Source of the DNA: Takakia lepidozioides
Taxonomy: Eukaryota > Plantae > Bryophyta
Length of the DNA: 64,000 bases
Direction of reading: 5' to 3'
Assembly (NCBI GenBank): GCA_030704615.1
Contig: CM060734.1
Coordinates: forward strand, 54,560,001-54,624,000
This document shows positions 59,601 through 64,000 of the stretch, piece after piece; the stretch's first letter is position 1; every line of letters starts with the position of its first letter. The notes beneath the pieces are model-generated. The model saw only the letters and a list, made by a program, of their open reading frames with translations, had not been told where the DNA came from and searched no databases. Made by a program: the position numbers and the translations under genes.

Positions 59601-62461
59601 ACTGAAAGCAGTCACCACAATGACAGTGCCCTGCAGACTGTCCAGCAGATTCACGACCACACTGACTCGGAGGACCCAACTACACTTCCTGTCCACTAGT
59701 CTGGATCCTAGCTCGTTGAACAGAGTCGGCTGCACTGGCCTCAACGGGACCCTGTCTCTGAATTTGTGCGGAATTCTATCAGTGCATTGACGGAGTCTTC
59801 TTTTCCCGCCAGGCCATCTTCACATATTGGCGCATTGTTTGAGGATATAAGCCGGGCACCGGTAAACCATTCTTCTCCAGTGACCCATGGCCTGCCAACT
59901 ATTTCCATTCAGCTCAGCCCGGTTTTGGTTCGTTCGCTTGCGAAAGCTATAGATGATTCTTACGTGATTGATCGCAATATGGGAACTCAACCCCGTATCA
60001 TTGACCTTACTGAAGAACTAGACGATGTAGTTGCCGCGGATAATTTAGATGTTGGCGGTAGTCAAGCTTTTTCTGCATCAGACCCTGAAGACACAGTTGA
60101 CTTGCAAGTTGATAGATTGATCTCCTCCCTGCAAGAGCAGACCGACCACGAGAGTGACCACCAGGCTGAACAGCAGTCTGACCAGAGCAAAAAGCAGACT
60201 GAGCACCAGACTGACCAGACTGAGGACAGTAAGCAACAGACTGACGCTGAACATGGTCCTCAGAAGGAAGGCCAACATGCCGTTCGCCCCGCCCACGAGA
60301 GTGTCCACCAGAGTGACCAGAGCAGCGAGCAGACTGAGCACCAGACTGGCCAGACTAAGGACACTGAGCAGCAGACCGATGCCAAACATGGACAGACTAA
60401 GGGCAAACATGCCATTCCCCCCGCACACGAGAGTGTCCACCAGACTCGACAACGAACTGACCATAGCGGCGAGCAGACTGAGCACCAGGCTAATCATTCT
60501 GAGCAGCACAGATAGACTGACGTTCAAGCAGGGGAGCAGTCTGCCCAGTCGCTTCTTTCCAATGACGCCGTACAGGTTGTGCCCTGCCGTCTTCCACCTC
60601 TGTGATTTCAGATTTATGTTCAATTTTTGTGTATTGACAGGATTTGTTGTACCTACAGGACTTGAGGACACCGTTTCCCTCCCAGGCAATTCCACAACCC
60701 GCCAATGTTGCTCACGTTGGCTCCACAACCAGAAAAGGTGGCTTACTTACAACGCCAACAGATGCACGGATTAGTTCAATGCATGCGACCCGTGAGGCTG
60801 CCAATACAGGTCCTACAAGTGTGAACAAGCTTGCAGACACAGTCGTGTTGCGAAGCAGGACCGCATCACTTCGTCAGTCTGCTGAATCGAACCCGGCCAC
60901 AGTAGTCGCCGAATCCCTGGGCACAAGTAGAGCAAAGAAGCAGACTGTCGTGGAGCAGACTTAGGAAATTCGGGAGGGTCCTGTTGCCAAGAAACCTGCG
61001 AAGAAAGACAAGTCCGTTGTCTTCATGAACAAAGACCGCAAAATGGCATTGGATACGGACAAGGAAGTGGTTCTTTAGCGAGAAATGCACCAGTGAGTAG
61101 TCCTCCCAGTCTGTTGAGTCTGGTCACTCCAGTCTGCTCAGAAGTGTGAGTCTGCTTAGTCTGCTCGGTCTGGTGAGTCTGGCGATGCTCAGTCCGCTCG
61201 GTCTGGGCAGTATGTTGAATGGAGTCAGTCCGCTCAGACCGTTGCGTACATGGGTTTTCACACAAGGCCGTGGTCTGTGTGCAGGTTGGGTTCTCGTTTT
61301 GCCGCGGCCCTGCGACGGAATGTCGCGGCCGGCAATTGCATGGTTCACTTTTATGAAGGCGACCCCTGGTATGAGTGCTCCATTGGGCCTCCGGACTTGA
61401 AGCCACTTGAGACGGTGGAGTCGGAGTGCACAGATACAATGCTGGAGCTATGGTGTCGTTTCTATGAGAAGACGGTTGAAGACAAGTACTCAAGTACTAT
61501 TGCTCTTCTGCCAGCCTCAATGTGGTCTCGTATGATGACACATTGGGACGGGCCACGGGAAAGGCTAGTGGAGTATCTACATTCTTGCTAGAGCGTCCCT
61601 CGGCTCGGTAAAGACATAAAAGACTGCCATCATATAATCGTTCCGATTGTGGAGGAGTAAGATCTCGCATACCCAGTCTATTCTGTCGGGCCAGTCTTTT
61701 AAATGACTTCACTACGTTCACACCTACCTCTCGCTGGTTGAGTCTGTTCACTCTGCTCAGTGTGGCAAATCTGCTTAGTCTTTTGAACGAGGACAGTCTG
61801 CTCGGTCTGCCCACTCAGCCCTGAGTCTGCTCAATCTGTCGAGTCTGCTGAGTCTGCTCATTATGCCGAGTCTGCTGAGTGATGAGTCTTCTGAGTCTGC
61901 TGAGTCGTGACTCTGCCGAGTCGGCTGAGTGTAGTGGGACCCGTGCAGTGTGCGAGTCTGTAGAGTCTGCTGGAGAGGCAATTGGAGTGGTTTGCTGAGT
62001 GGACTGCTGCCGTGAGACTCATGAGATTCGTCTTGCAGGGCGCACTGGAGTATTGTTGTCATCGACGTGCGGAAAGGCTGTACACTCACATGAACTCCAT
62101 CGAGTCTTTGCATGGTTGCCCATATGTTTTGTCATGGATACGGAAGCTGCATGCGGAGTGTTTAGGCTACAGTGTTGATTCACCGGGTTGGGAGGAGGTT
62201 AGGGCATTTCAGTTCAACCAACCTGAAGTGCCCCAACAGCCATTCAGCTGGGAATGCGGGTTTTACGTCATGTCCTTCATCCAAGGATATTATGAATGGC
62301 TACAAACTGGGCATACTCGAACCTCTTCTAAAAGGGCAGAGAGAGGAGTATATTTCACGAAACACTGGTTTACGTTCAAGTTTGCACTTGGCCAACGGAT
62401 GCAGTGTCTTAAGTACATCTTGACTGGTTTGAGTGCTGCTGAGAAAGCAGTATCCTCATAG
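56643..62461 (+). pseudogene. Multi-exon accessory gene of the MULE: N-terminal CPFC...HHC zinc-finger-like region, Q/T/E/H-rich repeats, C-terminal Ulp1/C48 cysteine-protease-like domain; has in-frame stops
   Basis: MEDACAK...NW*KDKLHCPFCSEIIKDKVQLNHHC (TAG at 56805); TAG at 58268; low-complexity repeats 58100-58300 and 60140-60515; HMNSI...VPQQPFSWECGFYVMSFI matches the Ulp1 QQ..CG catalytic-Cys motif. Confidence 0.62.
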
Positions 62462-63120
62462 ATATCCATCTGGGTCCGAGATTAGAGGTGCACCATAGGA
62501 TGCATTTGTCATGTAAGTATGCTTTTGAGCATTTGCAACGAAATAAAATATAACTTTGTGTATACACATCCTATTGGTCGCATATGAATGCAGTGTGGAG
62601 TAGTTGCTATAGATTTGTGACCAATTCACTGCATGTTGTTAAGCGGACTTACCTCTGCACACACAATCATTTTGTTTAACATACCAAGGGAGTCCACTAG
62701 TCAGCAAACAGTCGAGAGTCAGCAGACTGCCAGAGTACAGGAAGAGGGTATGCCTAGGCTTGTGAGCAGACAGATGGCAATGTCGCCAGACTGATGAGAG
62801 TCCGACAGACTGAGGAGTTGGGACCAGTCCGGCAGACTGGCAGATGCGATTGGGAACCATGAGTCTGCACTGGTGAGCAGACTGTCGAGAGTCACCGGAG
62901 TGGTATAGTACAGGCGGATGGCATTGGCCAGTAGTCTGCCAAGTCTGGTCAGCAGAGTAATGAGAGTCCACCGTGCTGAGAATGGCCAGTCTGATGGGCA
63001 GACCGCATGAGGCTCACTGGTCAGCCAGGTGCAGGCACGTTCAGAACCGGGAGACTGGTCTGCTCAGGAGAAGGCTGGCACAGCAGACTGTTTGAAGACT
63101 GAGTCTCAGCCTGGTACAAC

Positions 63121-63252
63121 AGACTGGTTCAGATACCAGAAGAGTGGTTGAGCAGACTGGTTTAGACACCAGAAGACTGGTTGAGCAGACTGGATCAGAC
63201 GGTAGAAGACTGATTGAGCAGACTGGTTCAGACGCCAGAAGACTGGTTTACC
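63121..63252 (+). repeat. 4 x 33-bp tandem repeat
   Basis: agactggttcagataccagaagagtggttgagc and three variants. Confidence 0.85.
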
Positions 63253-63454
63253 AGGCTGGTTGGCAGGCAGGTTGGAAGTCTGGTGCACATACAATCGTAC
63301 CGCCGAAATTTTATTTCATGGGGAGAATGATACTGTACCATTTCTTACATTTCCTACTCTACTTTAAAACTAGTATACGGTCTGCGACTCTCCGGATTGT
63401 GGAGTATATGTGTGCTGCAGGTGTTGGGGCACCAACCCTCTTCCTTGTTTTGTG

Positions 63455-64000
63455 TTAGACCCTGGGTCGCGTTTTCCATGCCTCAACAAAATCCCGTTTC
63501 ATTTTCAGCGACATATTGTTGTTGTCATTTACAGAACGAAAGCTCTTTGCTGCCGCAGGGTGCAGCATTCCTGCATCACTCTTGGCGAGAATATCAACAA
63601 GCTGCCCCCTACAGATACGAAGAGAAGACAACACATGTTTCTGCAGGTATTTGTCGTCCCCAACAATGCGAAGTATGTCTGCAAATTCTTCATCCATGGA
63701 GGAGGGTACGCGGACAGGCTCCGCATCATAGGGGAAGTCATCTGTGGAAGGGCCCTTTGTTGCATTTCCCAAACCCTCTTCGTCGCCAACACTTGCATGA
63801 ACCCTAAACACATTATGCAATCCTCCATGAATGGTTCCCAGCGCCGTGCCACAAGCGCGCACTATGAGTCCATCCTGCAAGTGTGGATGAAGCAACTTCA
63901 GGACTCGGACTTGATGCTTGCACAAATTGCCCTTTATTGCCCATAGGCAAGTGCAAGAAGCCCATTCGCATCCGGGGTTGTAAACAATATAAATTGTGTT
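63455..64000 (-). CDS. C-terminal part of a MULE-type transposase with SWIM zinc finger (open at window edge)
   Basis: The frame is open from 64000: NTIYIVYNPGCEWASCTCLWAIKGNLCKHQVRVL, a CxC-x(n)-CxH SWIM motif. Confidence 0.75.
   Translation of the reverse strand, partial: NTIYIVYNPGCEWASCTCLWAIKGNLCKHQVRVLKLLHPHLQDGLIVRACGTALGTIHGGLHNVFRVHASVGDEEGLGNATKGPSTDDFPYDAEPVRVPSSMDEEFADILRIVGDDKYLQKHVLSSLRICRGQLVDILAKSDAGMLHPAAAKSFRSVNDNNNMSLKMKRDFVEAWKTRPRV

Larger units (their letters stand above)
54490..64000. mobile_element. Mutator-like (MULE) element, left part; right end outside window; left boundary approximate
   Basis: Abrupt shift to GC-rich terminal-like sequence at ~54490; convergent Ulp1-type ORF (+) and SWIM-finger transposase end (-); element-wide CAGWCTG motif. 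Confidence 0.65.

Overview
Eukaryotic, TE-rich plant nuclear DNA, most like a non-seed land plant (bryophyte, lycophyte or fern; inferred from the chromovirus, LINE and PLS-DYW sequence styles). 1-34 kb is a four-level nest. A minus-strand chromovirus (Ty3/Gypsy) is split inside gag by a 31-kb CACTA element (1214-32296, TGA target duplication). The CACTA element carries a decayed TnpD transposase, a divergent multi-exon ORF2 with an embedded FCP1/NIF-type HAD phosphatase domain, a 2-kb tandem array amplified from a captured PPR gene fragment, two RTE-like LINE relics and two full-length copies of the same chromovirus family. 34-38 kb is AT-rich duplicated repeat. Two host genes follow. The first is a 7-exon LMW-PTP-like gene with a plastid-like N-terminus, a Cys-to-Ser P-loop and a GC-AG intron. 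The second is a 30-motif PLS-E-DYW PPR gene whose spliced N-terminus carries an OSB-type 'PDF' ssDNA-binding motif, which the ORF track misses. Next come an orphan COBRA last exon and the left part of a MULE-like element (SWIM-finger transposase end plus a decayed Ulp1-protease ORF) saturated with a palindromic CAGWCTG motif. All calls are by-eye recognition; no database searches were run.
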